Assembly (NCBI RefSeq): GCF_009914755.1
Contig: NC_060926.1
Direction: 5' to 3' (one strand)
Length of the DNA stretch: 64,000 nt
DNA from: the human T2T-CHM13v2.0 reference genome, Homo sapiens
The notes beneath the pieces are model-generated. The model had not been told where the DNA came from. It saw only the letters and a program-made list of their open reading frames with translations, and ran no database searches. The translations under genes were made by a program, and so were the position numbers. Of the stretch, positions 13,899 to 27,779 are shown piece by piece; the stretch's first letter is position 1; each line of letters opens with the position of its first letter.

Positions 13899-14677
13899 TG
13901 AATCCCTTGTCCCCCTTGCAGGGCATGCGATGGGAGTGTGGCTTGCTTCTTCAGTGCCCCGCTGCATAAACCTCTAGGGGAGCATACAGACGGGCAGGCT
14001 GTGGAGCTCCAACCCCACAGCAGTGTCTAGGGGTGAATGTTTACAGCTACTGAAAGCCCAGTGGGTGTGTGTTACAAGGTGCTTTTTTAGTTTAGCCATC
14101 CATAGGCAGCTTGTGTTAGTCAGCTCAATTAGACCCCTGCCTTATTGCAAGGACAAAGAACTTTCTGTATCCCGTGGTTCCTGCCTTGGTGTACTGGAAA
14201 AATTGGATCACATGTGGGCTTGGAGAATGAGTGCAAGGTTTTATTAAGTGCAAGTAGCTCTCAGTAGATGTGGGAGACAGAAGGGAGACGGTTTTCCCCT
14301 GGCGTCGGGTTGCTCAGCAGCCCAGGCTCTCCTCCAACCACCCTGGTCGAACTCCACGTCATTCTGCCGGTCAATGGCCTGCCGGCATGCTGAAGTCTAT
14401 CGGTGTGCTCTTGACATGCTCTCGATGTCCTCTCGATGTCCAGCCACTTGTGTGTTCCTCCACTGATATATTTCTCTCAACGTCCAGCCACTTGTGTGTG
14501 TGTGTGCCTGCTAGGGTCTCGGGTTTTTATAGGCACAAGATGGAGGTATGGCAGGCCAGGGTGGTCTTGGGAAATGCCTGTCCTCACCTAGGTCAGTGGG
14601 CACAGGCCCGGGGGTGGAGCCCTCACCAGGGACCCATCTTTCTCTACTCAGCACTTCCCTGCCGCCCTTCTGTATCA
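13899..14677 (-). mobile_element. ERV1 solo LTR (MER52/LTR27/LTR28-like group) in FANCL intron 3
   Basis: Minus strand begins TGATACAGAAGGGCGGCAGGGAAGTGCTG and ends CA. TSD CTAC at 13895-13898 and 14678-14681. TATAAA at 14531-14526 and AATAAA at 14245-14240. Confidence 0.8.
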
Positions 14678-14722
14678 CTACTATGTCTAGCAAATCTAAC
14701 AACCTCATCATTACTTTTTTTA

Positions 14723-14812
14723 AAGAAGAAGAGAAAGAAGAGGAGGAGGAGGAGGAAGAGAAAAAAAAAGAGAAAGAAGAGGTATAGGAGTGATGTGAGT
14801 GGGAAGAGGAGT
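14723..14812. repeat. GA-rich low-complexity tract, (GAA/GAG)n
   Basis: Directly visible homopurine run. Confidence 0.85.
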
Positions 14813-15281
14813 ATAAAATATAAAAATCAGGCAACTCTATGTAATTTTTAAAATCTAGTGGCAGCAATAAATTAACAATTATTAATTAACAATATGGTCA
14901 TTTTTTTTATTTTTCCCTTGACCTTAAAAACTACCTATAATTGTGATTTTTGTCCTCTCACAACTAATCCATATTAGTCAAAATGGAGACAGTCATTCAT
15001 TAAAGTAAAACCTGTTATAATAAAATGGCAAAAAAGGAAATAATCTCTAAAGTACAATAAATATTTAAGAGTTACTATTCCATTTCCTAGAAATCCTTCA
15101 TTCTTAAAATAACTACAGAAAAAAATATTCTCAAGTTTTACATTGTTTTCAACAATGCATGAACACATATGATTCACATCTTAACATAGCTTTGAGTGGG
15201 TCTGTGTAGAGCAAATCCTTGACTATCCCTTCTTCTACATTGCATTTTCCCCTTAGTTTATTACAGATGATCAATAAATGA

Positions 15282-15495
15282 CAGGGTCTGGAAACTAAAG
15301 TCCAGAGGCCAAATCCAGCTCAATACTGTTTTTGTAAACAAAGTTTTATTGGCATGTAGCCATACACATTCACTTACCTCTTGTCTATGGTTGCTATAAC
15401 GGCAGAATTGAGTAGCTGCAACAGAGATCTTATGGCTTACTAAGCCAGAAAAACTTATTATCTGGTTCTTTACAGAAAAAGTCTGTTGACTCCCT
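15282..15495 (+). mobile_element. MER58-type hAT-Charlie DNA transposon
   Basis: CAGGG...ggccaaatccagc...tttttgtaaacaaagttttattgg...tttacagaaaaagt...CCCTG with terminal inverted repeats. Confidence 0.8.
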
Positions 15496-16642
15496 GGCCC
15501 ATATTTACTAAAATTAAAAATGATACAAGAAAAGAATAGTAATATTCACTGGGACTGTAAAATAAAAAGAAGACTTTAACACTGGGTTCTACCTAACCAA
15601 TTGGGGGGCAAGGAAAGATAAATAATTGGGATTTTTTTCTAGGAATCCTCTTGATAACTTGCTGGTGAAAAACAGAGTAATAGATCTTAATATTAGACTA
15701 CATAAACCATTTTTTCCCATGCTATTTCAATATGTCAACAGATGCATTTCTTAAATTTTAGTGTACAATATAAATAGTCAAAGGGATGGAGACAGGGATG
15801 GAAAGAAAACAGAAATAATTTGAACATATCCTTAAAAAAACTTCTGTAATTATATTGCCAGGATGATAACCTTCATTCTATAAATCAAATAGTTTATCTC
15901 CTATACTTCTTTGCAGCTTTAATGCTTTATGGGAGAGTTACTGTGATTGTCAGTTATCATAGATAATAACCTGCCTTTAAGACACAGAAATATAGAAAAT
16001 CAGGAAAAAAACACACAAATGCATAAAGCATAAAAAGAAAGGCAATTCTAAAAACTATTTTTCTAAAAGAAGAATTATATTATGTCATTATTTTGCTTCA
16101 GTAACTGATTTTTTTTTCTAATCTTTAAAGGAATTTTCAGGTAGAGGAACCTAAACATTAAGAATAAAGAAATTAATCCTGCCTATTAACACACTAAGCA
16201 GCCTTTAATTTATCTCCCCTCATTATGCAAGTACACATGATCCTAAATTATTTCTGCCACATCTTTTCTGTTGCTAATCTAGGACTAAAATCCCATTTTT
16301 GCCACAGATATCCCACAGCTCTAAATGGGTCTGATTTTTTTTCCCTATCACCACCATTCAGTCTCAGAAGAAAAATCACTGAAGAAGTGATGGATATGGA
16401 TAAGGGTGAATGCATTTGAAGAACCTAAAGTCTCAAAGATGGAAATCGATTTCAACACAAAGGCTGCCTGGAGATCTCCTGAGGACACTGAGATTTAAAA
16501 ACACACAGAGATGAAACCTACAAAACTTAACAACTATTAAACCAGTTTGTTACAACATTGTGCAAAGCAGGTCTTTAAAGAACAATAAATTTAGTAATTT
16601 CTTATCTTCACTGAAAACATAAACCTTTTAAAAAGGACTTAC

Positions 16643-16703
16643 CTGTTGTACTATTCGATGGTATCCACTAAGTATTGTTCTCAGCTGCCAACTACATAAT
16701 AAT
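16643..16703 (-). CDS. FANCL: FANCL coding exon 3 (LLCSWQLRTILSGYHRIVQQ)
   Basis: 61 nt, ttttag|ATTATT...CAACAG|gtaagt; exons 2+3 total 120 nt and return to phase 0. Confidence 0.95.
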
Positions 16704-17127
16704 CTAAAATTTTAATGAGACAAAATGGTTTATTCATTGTTCAGAATTAAAAACTTATTTGTATGCTAACACAAACATGCATGTACATACAAAAGAATGA
16801 CAAACATAATTTGGACAAGTTAATAAAATTTTTACCACTGATACTGTTCAAAGTCTTGTCTTCAAACTGTTGGTACTAATTTTATTTCAAAATATAAATA
16901 ACTGCAATCAGTAAATGACATGCAAACAGTACATCTTGTTTTTTAACTTTAACACATCCGAAGCAAAGTTTTCCACTGAAGTAGATTCTTTTCCAAGATA
17001 GGTTAAATAAAACCAACAGTTTTGATAACAATATATCATCAAATATAATGTATCAAACATGTATTTGAAAAAGCATGTGTAGCAATATTATCTTCAAATT
17101 CCCGATTAATATAACTAAAAGGATACA

Positions 17128-17296
17128 TTTTATTTTTATTTTTTATTTTTTAGAGACAGGATCTCGCTCTGTCACTCAGGCTGGCTGGAGTGCAGTAGAA
17201 TAGCTGACTGCAACCTGAACTCCTAGGCTCAAGAAACCCTCCCGCCTCAGCCTCTCAAGTAGCTGGGACTACAGACACCCACCACCAAGCCTGGCT
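17128..17296 (-). mobile_element. Alu monomer (FRAM/FAM or AluJ right arm)
   Basis: Single arm with a T-rich tail; imperfect TSD aaa(g)gatacat. Confidence 0.78.
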
Positions 17297-17419
17297 AGAA
17301 AGATACATACTTCTAATTAATTGTATAAGAAGTGATAAGTTAATGTTCATCCACTTACTGGCTGACCTCTGTTGTGCTCCCGATACTATTAAGTAACTCT
17401 TCTAAGGAATTACTTTTAG

Positions 17420-18380
17420 TTACCTACAAGTAGGAAGCCTCTCTGAGTTTTCCCCAACATGGCCTTTTCAAACTGTCACAACTCTCTCCATTCTTGGTCT
17501 TCAAATCCCCATAACCATCCCTATCTCCTCTCTTAGTGGCAGAGTAGTTCATTCAAATGTCCATTGGTAACCCCTGCTCAAAATGTGCTTTCTCTCCCCT
17601 GCTACCAACTTGGTGACTTCAATTAATTATCCCTTTATTGTGGTATCCTTAATTTATGTTCTGCTAGTTTTTTTCTCCTTAATGAATTAACTTGCTCAAA
17701 TATATATCTTTAAAGAACATCATAACTCCTTCTTGAATGCATACCATTCTCTAACCACCTCTTTTTCTTCAAAATACTTTATACTTTCCTCCCACTCATC
17801 CAACACAAATGGCTTCTGCCACCACACAAAACTTACTTGCATCTAACCTATCTCTTTGTAATCCTCAGCATTGCTAACCATGCCTTGCTTAAGCCTCTCT
17901 TTATTTGGCTTGAAAGACTCTGCTGCCCAAGTTTTCCTCTTCTCTGGTCAATCCTTAGTCTCCTTGTAAGTTCCTCTTTAGTGACCAGTCCTTTAAATGT
18001 TGGTACGCCCCAAGGTCTTGTCACTGGCTTTCTCTTCTACCCCGCTAGACACAGCACCAAAAAGTCTATTCATAATCAAGGTCTCAAATCCTTCATCTGT
18101 TGTAACTTCCACACACATCTGCACTCCAGGTCTCACACTCTATTTCCACACCACTACATTACTACCTACTAAATAGCTCCTCTTGGTATTTCACACCAAA
18201 TATGCCTTAAAACAATCTCTCTTCTACTTTTCCATCTGTGACCTCTTCTCTAGCTTAGAGATCTGAGCCGGGAATTTGAAAAGCATCCTCTATTCCTTTT
18301 TCCCTCTTAACTACACTTCTGTTGGTCACAAAATCCTCTCAATTCTACTCATAAATATCTCTGGATTCCTTTTCCTCCAT
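17420..18380 (+). mobile_element. LINE-2 fragment
   Basis: C/T-rich sequence; the ORF track peptide LNVGTPQGLVTGFLF resembles the L2 RT motif GVPQGSVLGPLLF. Confidence 0.65.
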
Positions 18381-18882
18381 TCTTCTCCAGAAATATTTAG
18401 AGGCAGAATTGAGATTTGGGGTGGTACCTAAATTTTCAGTCTCATATCCTGACTAGTTGTATCTACCAGCACTCAATGTTGGTACCTAATTTAAGCCAGG
18501 ACTGAACTGATGTGACTCTTCTCATATAATGAATATACACATTAATAATATCAGTCAAAAGTTGGAAAAAAAGTTTTCTAATCCTTTTGTTCTCCCTTTA
18601 TATACCTGTTCAGTATTTGTTAGTGAAGTGTACACAATGGCTGTTTACTGCTTTAAATATTTTTTTAAAAATGAGAGAACTAATGTTTAAAAGCACTTTA
18701 GTAACAGGTAAATATTTACAAATGCTGCATTGGTTTGGAAAAATCAGAAATGTTTCTTTTGGGGCAAATGACTAATAAGCATTTTAGGCAAAACTCTAGT
18801 CACTAGAATCAATTTATACCAAATGTACTGCCTGTCCCACCAAAATGCAAAAATGCACGTTTATAACTAAACACCATATCAC

Positions 18883-18941
18883 CTTGCATTCTTCAGTTGT
18901 AAATCTTCAGGCAACACTATCCTAAGGTGGAAGTCTCTTCC
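18883..18941 (-). CDS. FANCL: FANCL coding exon 2 (GRDFHLRIVLPEDLQLKNAR)
   Basis: 59 nt, ccacag|GGAAGAG...GCAAG|gtgata; continues the frame of exon 1. Confidence 0.95.
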
Positions 18942-21900
18942 CTGTGGAAAATATTGAAAAGGATCACTCAAATTTTTATCTTTCACTTAATGCTGAGAAG
19001 TTAAACAGAATCACAAAGAAAAGACAATGTTTTCCTTTATTTTCTAAAAGGTATCAATTTTATCCACATCTTTATACTTGTTAAAATATATGCAACACAA
19101 TATTGCATTTGAGGGAAAATAACTCAAAACTGTCTTACAAAAACTTTGTAGTTACTGGGAAATCAAAACACTCAGATAAGACTTTGTTTTTAAAGAGAAA
19201 GTCACTCACAAACACAAGAAATATTACAAAATTGCTAACCAGGCCCATAGAAGAAATTTCAGTGTTATTTCTTAGTAAATAAATTTATGAAAAAAGAAAT
19301 TCCTTCAAATTGCTTTAATGGAAGAAAAACATCACAATATAAAATAAGGATATATAACATTATATAGTCGTTTTCAGCTTACTTTCTAAATTTTAATAAA
19401 ATGAAAATATATTTAGTTACACAATCTATACAGACATAAGTGAAATACTTGCATAAATCAGAGTATATTTAATTCTCCCATTAGTGGGCCTCTAACTTTT
19501 TTGAAATCAGTAACATATTAACTATATATTTGAACAAACAGAATTTTACTCAAGAGTCTTTCTAAGAGAAGAAAGACCTCTGAGACATTTATTCCATTTT
19601 ACTTTCTTGGAAAAGTGAATGGGTAAGTAGTTTAAACTTTATAACTTAAATAGGATAATACACAGGAAACTTGAGCAAAAATAGCAGAAAAAGACAAACA
19701 GAAATGTAATCTTTTACTCTAACAGAATAAAATGAAAAAGTAATAAAATTCTCAAAAAACAATTACCATGTGGAATTTTAACACAGTCTCCCTCAAAGCA
19801 GTTTCAAAAACAGAGGAACACAATTAAATGTACCCTATAACCTTTACTTTCATGGTAATATTACAGTTCTGACTTTCATTACATTTAAATGTCCTTTAAA
19901 AAAATGAAACAAAATGTACTACTGACCTTTTCAAAAGGTCAAGTAACAATAATTCACTGTTTCATTAAAGCACTAAAAGGTATTATGTAGTAACTTTAAC
20001 CTAACATTATAGACATCCCACACAAAGGTGTAAGAACAATTTGGAATTCTTAATTTACACGAAAAATAGAAGAACTATTCTATATAGAAATCTGTGCTGT
20101 TATCTGAAAGAATAAAATTCCAAAGTCCCTTATTTGCAAAGCCCAGCCATTTTAAAAGGTCAAATAACATGTCACATGCCACGATACTTTCCTGATTCAA
20201 GAAAATGTCCAAAATTAGCTTTTTAGTTAAAGTATCTAGAAATATTAATTGTTCTCAAAAAAGCCAGATTTTCCAGGCTTTCAGGCAACAGAAATACTAA
20301 CAGTTACCTAAACCTCCATCTCCCCACATATCATACCAAAAAGCTACATCAATTACCATATTAAGAATAAATAAAACCACAAAAATCCCATGTTTTCAGC
20401 CAGAAGACAGGGTACACGATAAACCTCAAATTACCTACAGGAAGAAAAATATGAAGCACTTTCCAATAGAACCTACTCTAGGACTCCCACAGCAACTCTT
20501 TTTAGAGTGCTAGGAAGGTCAGGAAAAAAAATGCATGGGAGAGAGACTGGGAGGACTAAGTAAGTGTAAAAAAAAATAGTAACAAGCTCTGGTAAATCAG
20601 AACACTGACCTACAAAGAGAAGACTTAATGTGCATTAACACAAAAGTCAAGGAGCCAGTCCTGGGAAAGAATGCTTTAGAGGCAGAAGATAGGAGAAAAG
20701 ATAGGTAGAGACACCTTTTGGAAACTGGGTATTAGGAGGAAAAAGAAAAGTGGGAAACTTAGGCTCTTATACGAGTAAATAAAAAAACAACTCCTTCCCA
20801 CCCAGCACTCGCCAACATTTCATCCATTAAATAAATTGTACAATAAATAAAATACCCAACAGAAGAGGGTATTCTTAAACTAGTAATTTTATAAACTATT
20901 GCAAACAGCCAAAACGTCCATGAATACAAAGATACTGTCTTCATCAATGCAAAGCTACTATGAGACAAAGAAACAAAAAGAGACTCACAAGATTTCAGGT
21001 GATAACAGACTCCATGCAAACAAAACCCAGAAACCATAAACAAATTATAATAATAAATGAAATAAGTGAGCATTTGTATCCAGATTCAGACATTTTAAAA
21101 CTAAAATGAGAAATTGTATTTTAAAAAATGAAAAGAAATGAATGAGCTGAATAAACGCAGGGTGAAATGAAAATAAAGAAAAACACAAAATTATATGAAA
21201 GTGAAGGAATAAATTTAAAAAGAGTCCAAGGAAGAACAAAATGAAATACAAATGTCATAAAGGGCAAAGAAAAAGCAAGAAAATTACCAAATGAGAAAAA
21301 AATTAAAGACCATCAGAGAAAAGGAGTTGAAGTGGAACACAGACCCAAAAAAGTCCAGAGTACATATAATTGGAGATCTTGGAAAGAAAAATAAAATAGT
21401 AGAAAAAAAAATTTAAAAATATAATCCAAGTACACTTCCTGGAGTTCCACATACCAAAAGGGATAAGTGGCCACATGATAAAAGTGATTCACAATGATCA
21501 ACTCTTGAGATATATCTTAATCAACAGATTTTCAAAATAAGAAAAAAGTCCAGAGTCTCTAGGTAAAAGATCAAATATATAGAAAACAGAATATAATTGG
21601 AAACAGACTTCTTAAAGCAAATTAAAAAATGAAGCAAGAATGAAATAGAAAATGTTAAGAAACTGAAGAGAACTGCTTCTAGCTATTATGGAGTTAAAAG
21701 GACAGGATTTATCTTCCCTCCTTATTTAAAAATTGGACAAAACATATGAAACAATGATTTTCAGACATTAAACAATAGGCAGCGAGGACAGTGATCCTTG
21801 AAATAAGGGAAACAAATGTGAAAATGCCTAAAATTGTCTGGTTCTATGATGGGAGTATTTTCAGGCTGCAAGATAGGGATGGACAAACAAATAAGAGCAT

Positions 21901-24544
21901 AATATTCTCCCTGATGTGAGAAGAAACATGTGATCAAGGGGAGGCCAACAATTGTACAATTCGCAAGGTATAGTACCAAGCAGGAGAGAAATGCATGGAG
22001 AGTAGAGAAATATACACAGAGAAACGCCAGCGAATTTCAGAGGATTCCTGACAAGGAGTCTTCAGCTGAGTACTGCTTGCTCCATGGATATGAGGAAAAC
22101 ACCCAAAGGTGGGAACGTACAGGAACAGTCTGCAAAACAATCTCAAAGTTCATACAAGGCTGGGTATAGCCATGTTCCAACCAGCCAGAGTGGAAACCTT
22201 GCAATGTAAGAGCCATTAAATAGAGTGCTCAGAAGGTGTTGCTTCACTTGTAGAGACTAACTACCTTAGACTAAAGTCTGCTCTGGGTCTACCTAGCAAT
22301 GCTTAAAAGCTTAAAGCTTAAAATTACTTGGAAAGATCAAACTGTTTCCAAGTAATTTAACTGTAGCTCACAACAAATCTCAAGAATACTTAGAGAACAA
22401 AAATATCTAGCATGCAACAGGTAGCATTCATTATGTCTAGCATCCAATCAAGATATACCAAGCACATATATTTCCTGCAAAGAAGCAAGGCAATACCCAC
22501 AATGAAGAGAAAAATCAAGAGAGACATAAAAATGGCACAGATGATAAACCTGATTTAAAAAATTAAAACAATTAAATTTCATACGTTCAAGAAGGTAAAG
22601 GAAAACATGAGCGTACTAAATAGAGACAGGAAAGATGTAAATAAAGACTCCCTCAAAAAACATAATGTTTGAGATTTTTAAAAAATATGCTAGATAGTAT
22701 CAACAGCAGATTCCACCTTACAAAAGAAGGTATTAGTATACCTGAAGACATATCCCAAATAAAGAGAAAGACATTGAGGGAAAAAAAAATGAACAGACCA
22801 TGAGTGAGTTGTGACAACTTAAAGTGACCTAAATGCATGTATTTGGAGTGCCCAACACAGAGGACAGAAAAGGAGGAACAAAAAAAAAAAAAGAAAGAAA
22901 GAAAAAATAATGGCAGATGTTTTTTCCAAATTAAATGAAAATATATACTCAGAGATCCAAGAAGCTCCACAGACCTTACGGAGGAAAAACATGAAAAAAG
23001 CTACACCAAGGTACAACACACATCAAAGTGACTGAAACCAATGACCAAAAAGAAAAATCTTAAAAGCAGCCAGAGGAAAAAAATATTCTATTTACAGAGA
23101 AACAAAGAAAAGAGCAGAGATTTCTCGTAGAAAACAGTGCAAGACAGTGAAGTAACATCTTTACAGTATCAAAAGTGACAAAATTATATAGTTGATAAAC
23201 CAATAGTGCATAAAAAATGGAATCCTAATATTACGTTAAGGCAGACCATGATAGATTTAATATGTATATTATAAACCCTTTAAGCAACTAGTTAAAAAAA
23301 AAACACACACACACACAGCCAATAAACTGGCAAAGGAGATAAAACAGAATTACAAAAAAGAATTCCAATAATATAAAATACAGAAAAATACCAAAACAAT
23401 TAAAAATATGTAAGACAAACAGAAAACACACAGCAAGAGTAGATTTAAATCCAACCATATGAATAACCACGTTAAATGTAAATAGTCGAAGCACCCCCAA
23501 GTAAAAGGCAATGACTATCATATTGCATAACAAAGCAAAGCACAGAAGAAACACACTAAATATTAAAACACAAATAAGTTTAAAATAAAGAAGTAAAGAT
23601 AAACCATGGTAACATCAATCAAAAGAAAGATGCAATCTATATGTTAATATTGGAAAATACAGATTTCAGAGAAAACATTATTACTAAAGATAAAAAAGGT
23701 CATTTCATAATCCTAAAGGAGTCAATTCATAAAGAGTGCTTAACAATTCTAAAAGTTTATGGACCTAATAACAGAACTTCAAAATATATGAAGCAAAACT
23801 GATAGAAATTAAATAGAAATTGAAAAATCAACAAAGATCGTTGGAGATTTCAACACCCCCTCTCACTAACTGATAGAAAAAGCAGACAAAAAAGTCAGTG
23901 AGCACAGTGCTACCCAATAAGGGCCTGGGTAGCACTCTGAACCAATTTGACCTAACTGGCATTTATATAATACTCTACCCAATAGCAACAGAATAGTCAT
24001 TCTCTTAGAGTACACACAGTATATTCACCAGGATAGACTATATTATTGGTCATAAAATTAAGGCTCAATAAATATTTTAAAAATTTAAATCATACAAGTT
24101 ATATTCTGTGACCAAAATGAAACTAAATTATAAATCAATAACAAAAAGATATCTAGAAAATCCTTAATATTGAGAAAGATAATCATAATTCTAAGTGAGC
24201 CATAGATCAAAGAAGAAATTAAAAGGCATTTGGAACTGAATAAAAACAAAACTACAGCACACCAAAATGTGTGTGATATAGCTAAACCAGTATTCAAAAG
24301 AAAATTTAAAGCACTAAATATCTGTACTAGAATAGAAGAAAGATCTCATATCAATAATCTTCCATCTAAAGAAATCAGGAAACTTAAGATCAGAAAACTA
24401 TCATATAGAAACATAAAAATAATAGAAAAAAATTGAAGAAATTAAAGACAGGTTCTTTGAAGAAATCAGTAAAATTTATAAACCTCTATCTAGATGTATC
24501 GGGGGAAAAAATGAGACATAAATTACCTACATCAGATATGAGGA

Positions 24545-25277
24545 TGAAAGCTATTTTTAACGTATATCCATAAATTATTTGACACTCCTACCTCTAGGAG
24601 TTGGTGCCTAATTTCCCTCCTTTTGAATATAGACTAAGAAACTTGCATCTAACACAATAAAGCAGAAGTAAATGTGTGTGACTTCAGAGACTAAGAGATT
24701 AAAGAGAATGTGCATCTTTATTGATCTCTCTGTTGTATCATACACTCAGGAGAAGCTAGCTGCCATGTGTGATAACAGTCAAGCAACACTATAAAGATCC
24801 ATGTGGTGAGGAACTAAGGCCTCCTGTTAAGAGCAGTAACAAACTGAGGCCTCATGGCCAATAGCTATGTGAATGAGCAATCTTGGAAGCAAATCCTCCA
24901 CCTCTAGCTTGACCAACTGGCAGCCCAGGACAGCTCTGAATGCAGCCCAACACAAATTAATAAACTTTCTTAAAACATTATGGGATTTTTTGTGATTTTT
25001 TTTTAGCTTATCAGCTATCATTAGTGTATTTTATGTGTGCCCAAGACAATTCTTCTTCTTCCAATGTGACCCAGGGAAGCCAAAAGATTGGACACCCTGT
25101 TTTAGACCATCAAAGTCTTGGCAAATATCTTGATTGCAAGATCATGAGAGATTTTGATCAAGAACTACCATCCAAGTTGTTCGCAAATTTCAAATCCACA
25201 GAAACAGTGAGACAATAATTGTTTTTGTTTTAAGCCACTAAGGTTTGAAGTAAATAGCAGCAAAAGATAACCAACAT
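24545..25277 (+). mobile_element. MLT1-type MaLR LTR nested in L1
   Basis: gtggtgaggaactaaggcctcct and cacagaaacagtgagacaataa...ttttaagccactaag motifs; L1 sequence resumes after 25278. Confidence 0.7.
24904..25099 (-). mobile_element. MER30 DNA transposon nested in the MLT1 LTR
   Basis: Minus strand reads CAGGGTGTCCAATCTTTTGGCTTCCCTGGGTCACATTGGAAGAAGAAGAATTGTCTTGGG. Confidence 0.82.
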
Positions 25278-27229
25278 AGAGAGCATCATTACAGATCCTA
25301 AAGACATTAAAAGGATAATAAGGGATTATTGTAAATAACTTTAAGCCAATAAAATCAGAAACCTAGATGAAACTAACAAATTCCTTGAAAGACACAAACT
25401 ACCAAAGCTCACTCAAAAGGAAAGAGAAAATCTGATAATAGAGACAACACCTAAAACTGATTACATATTAGGTCACAGGAAAAAGTACCAGTAAGTTCCA
25501 TGGAGACTTTTTTATAAACAATACTGTCTAATTACAATACAAGAAAAATTAGAAATCAGCAACAAAATTAAAAACCAAAAAGGACCTTCCACGAGAAAAT
25601 TTTTACAACCTATTAAGGTGCATAGTAAATTGACATCATATAGCTTCTAAAAATGGTGGTTATAAGGCTACATGTCAGCATCTATAGGATACTTTTAAAA
25701 CACTGATGAGAGGAAATGCAAAGCCTTAAAAACTTACATACATAAAACCTGCTCACTGGCCAAATCTGGGACAATTCGAGGATCAAAATAAATAATGATT
25801 ATAATCAAGTAATTTTTTTAAAAGTCCATGCATCCATTCTAATATAATTAAATAAATGAGAAAGCAGGCAATGCTACTCCTTATAATGAATTGCCACTTC
25901 ATAAATATAGAAATGACAAGAGTTAGAAAATCATCATTTGGCAACCGTGATAGTAATAGTCGACTCAAGCAAAAGTCAATGGACGCTAAAACCAGAGAAT
26001 GTGTGTGAAAGTTTGATGCCTCAGAGTACCTCCCCAAAAGTACTTATTAATTACAAAAGGAGACTCTGACAGATGATACCTTAACCAGGTGATCAAAGTT
26101 AACATCATTAATAATGGAACCAACCAGGTAACCTCACAAGCCTTGAGAAGGACAAAACAATCTTTCTGTAGTATCCCTGCCAAAAATGCATTAGCTGAAT
26201 TTAATAGTGAGGAAATATCATCCAAACCCAAATTGAGATACATTCTACCTAACAGCCAATCTGTACTCTTTAAAAATGTCTAGCTTATAAAAAACACAAA
26301 CAGACTGAGAATTGTTCCAGGTTAGACATGACAACTAAATGTAATGTGGGATCTTAACAACAGATGGTAGGGGATGGGGGTATAAAACATACAACTGTAT
26401 CATAAACAAAATTTGAAATATGGACTCTATCTTAGATAATAGTATATCATTAAATATCCTGATTTTAATCACTGTACTGTGGTTATGTATGAGTGTGTCC
26501 TCGTTCTTATGAAATGTATGCTCAAGTATTTAGGGATAAAGGGGAACTACGCCTGATTTGACCTCAAATGGTTCAGGAAAATAATGTGTATACACACCCA
26601 CCCACATACATATACTTAACAATGATCAGTAAAATGGAGAAAATGTAAACTGGTGAATCTAGGTAAAGGGTATACTGGAATTACTTGTACTGTATATCCT
26701 TGCTACTTTTCTGTAAATTTAAAATATATACAAAATATTTTTAGACACGTAAAATGTTTAAGATTTAAATAAACTGCTAAGGCAGGTACAAATTGGAATT
26801 CTAGCTATAGCAATGGTCATAAAAGAAACTTTCATCTAATCTCAATTCTAATGGGTGTACTTGTTTCCTAAAAGGCCTTAGCAGATATAGACATACATAA
26901 CAGTATTTTGCCTAAAATTAGGTATAACATGCTTCCTGTAAAAAAAAAAAAAAAAAAGTAACTTAAAATTTTTCAACTTTTCTAAATGTTGTCTACAAGA
27001 GAATCATATTTTCAGCTAGGTAATTCAAGAAGAATACTTCTAATTGGAGAGGGAAAGGTGGATTAACTTTTTTCCATATGGAATAATGAATTTTTAACCT
27101 CTACTTTCTGTGATGGTCATATGGTAATTCCACATATACTCAAAGACTATGCGTGATGGTGGGGAAGTGGGCACAAGGTTGAGTGTAATGGTCAGAAAGG
27201 AAAAGTCTACACTCCTAACCTAAGGTATC

Positions 27230-27470
27230 CTGGTGCAATGTAAAGAGAAAAAAATCCAGGACTGAAATCACACAGCCTGCGTTTAAGGGATTCTGATGTG
27301 ATCATCAGCAAATAACGTCTCCGGTTTCCCATACCTTGATTTCTTCAACTAGAAAATGGGAATGATGATTCTTTTAAAAATTTCTGCCTCAAAGGGCTGA
27401 GGATTAAGTGAACTATTTACCTGGAAAGCGCTTTGTAAACTTCAAAACCCTACACATGTGTTAGTATGTG
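27230..27470 (+). mobile_element. MIR SINE
   Basis: Degenerate MIR core tttcttcaactagaaaatgggaatgatgat...gaggattaagtga. Confidence 0.55.
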
Positions 27471-27779
27471 TAATAAACTCCATATGAGAGGCCACTGGAA
27501 TCAGCAAAGTTAATTAATTCCATTGCTGTCATGCTTCTCCTAGAAGATATTGTAACTGTGGGTGTACAGGTACATACGACTTGGCAAAGGGCCAAAATAA
27601 GGTTTTCTTCCCAAATGTTCTTTCTACAGGAAACACGAAAATAATTAGCCCAGATTCCCGAGTGAACTCATCAACATCCGTGGAGGTGGAGGGTGTTAAA
27701 ATCGAGTTAAGGCAAAATTTACAAAAAAAAAATTAAAAAACAGTCAATTGCGGGACACTGAACGAAGAAGGAAGCCAAA

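Larger units (their letters stand above)
20300..26750 (+). mobile_element. Mosaic of old LINE-1 (L1M) pieces: ORF1-like, endonuclease-like and 3'UTR segments
   Basis: Degenerate L1 motifs (gttggagatttcaacacccc, ggatagactatattattggtcataaa, acagatcctaaagacattaaaagg); approximate boundaries. Confidence 0.7.

Noticed and set aside
14023-14867. Cluster of ORFs including poly-E and poly-K/R tracts
   Set aside because: They derive from the LTR and the GA-rich low-complexity tract.
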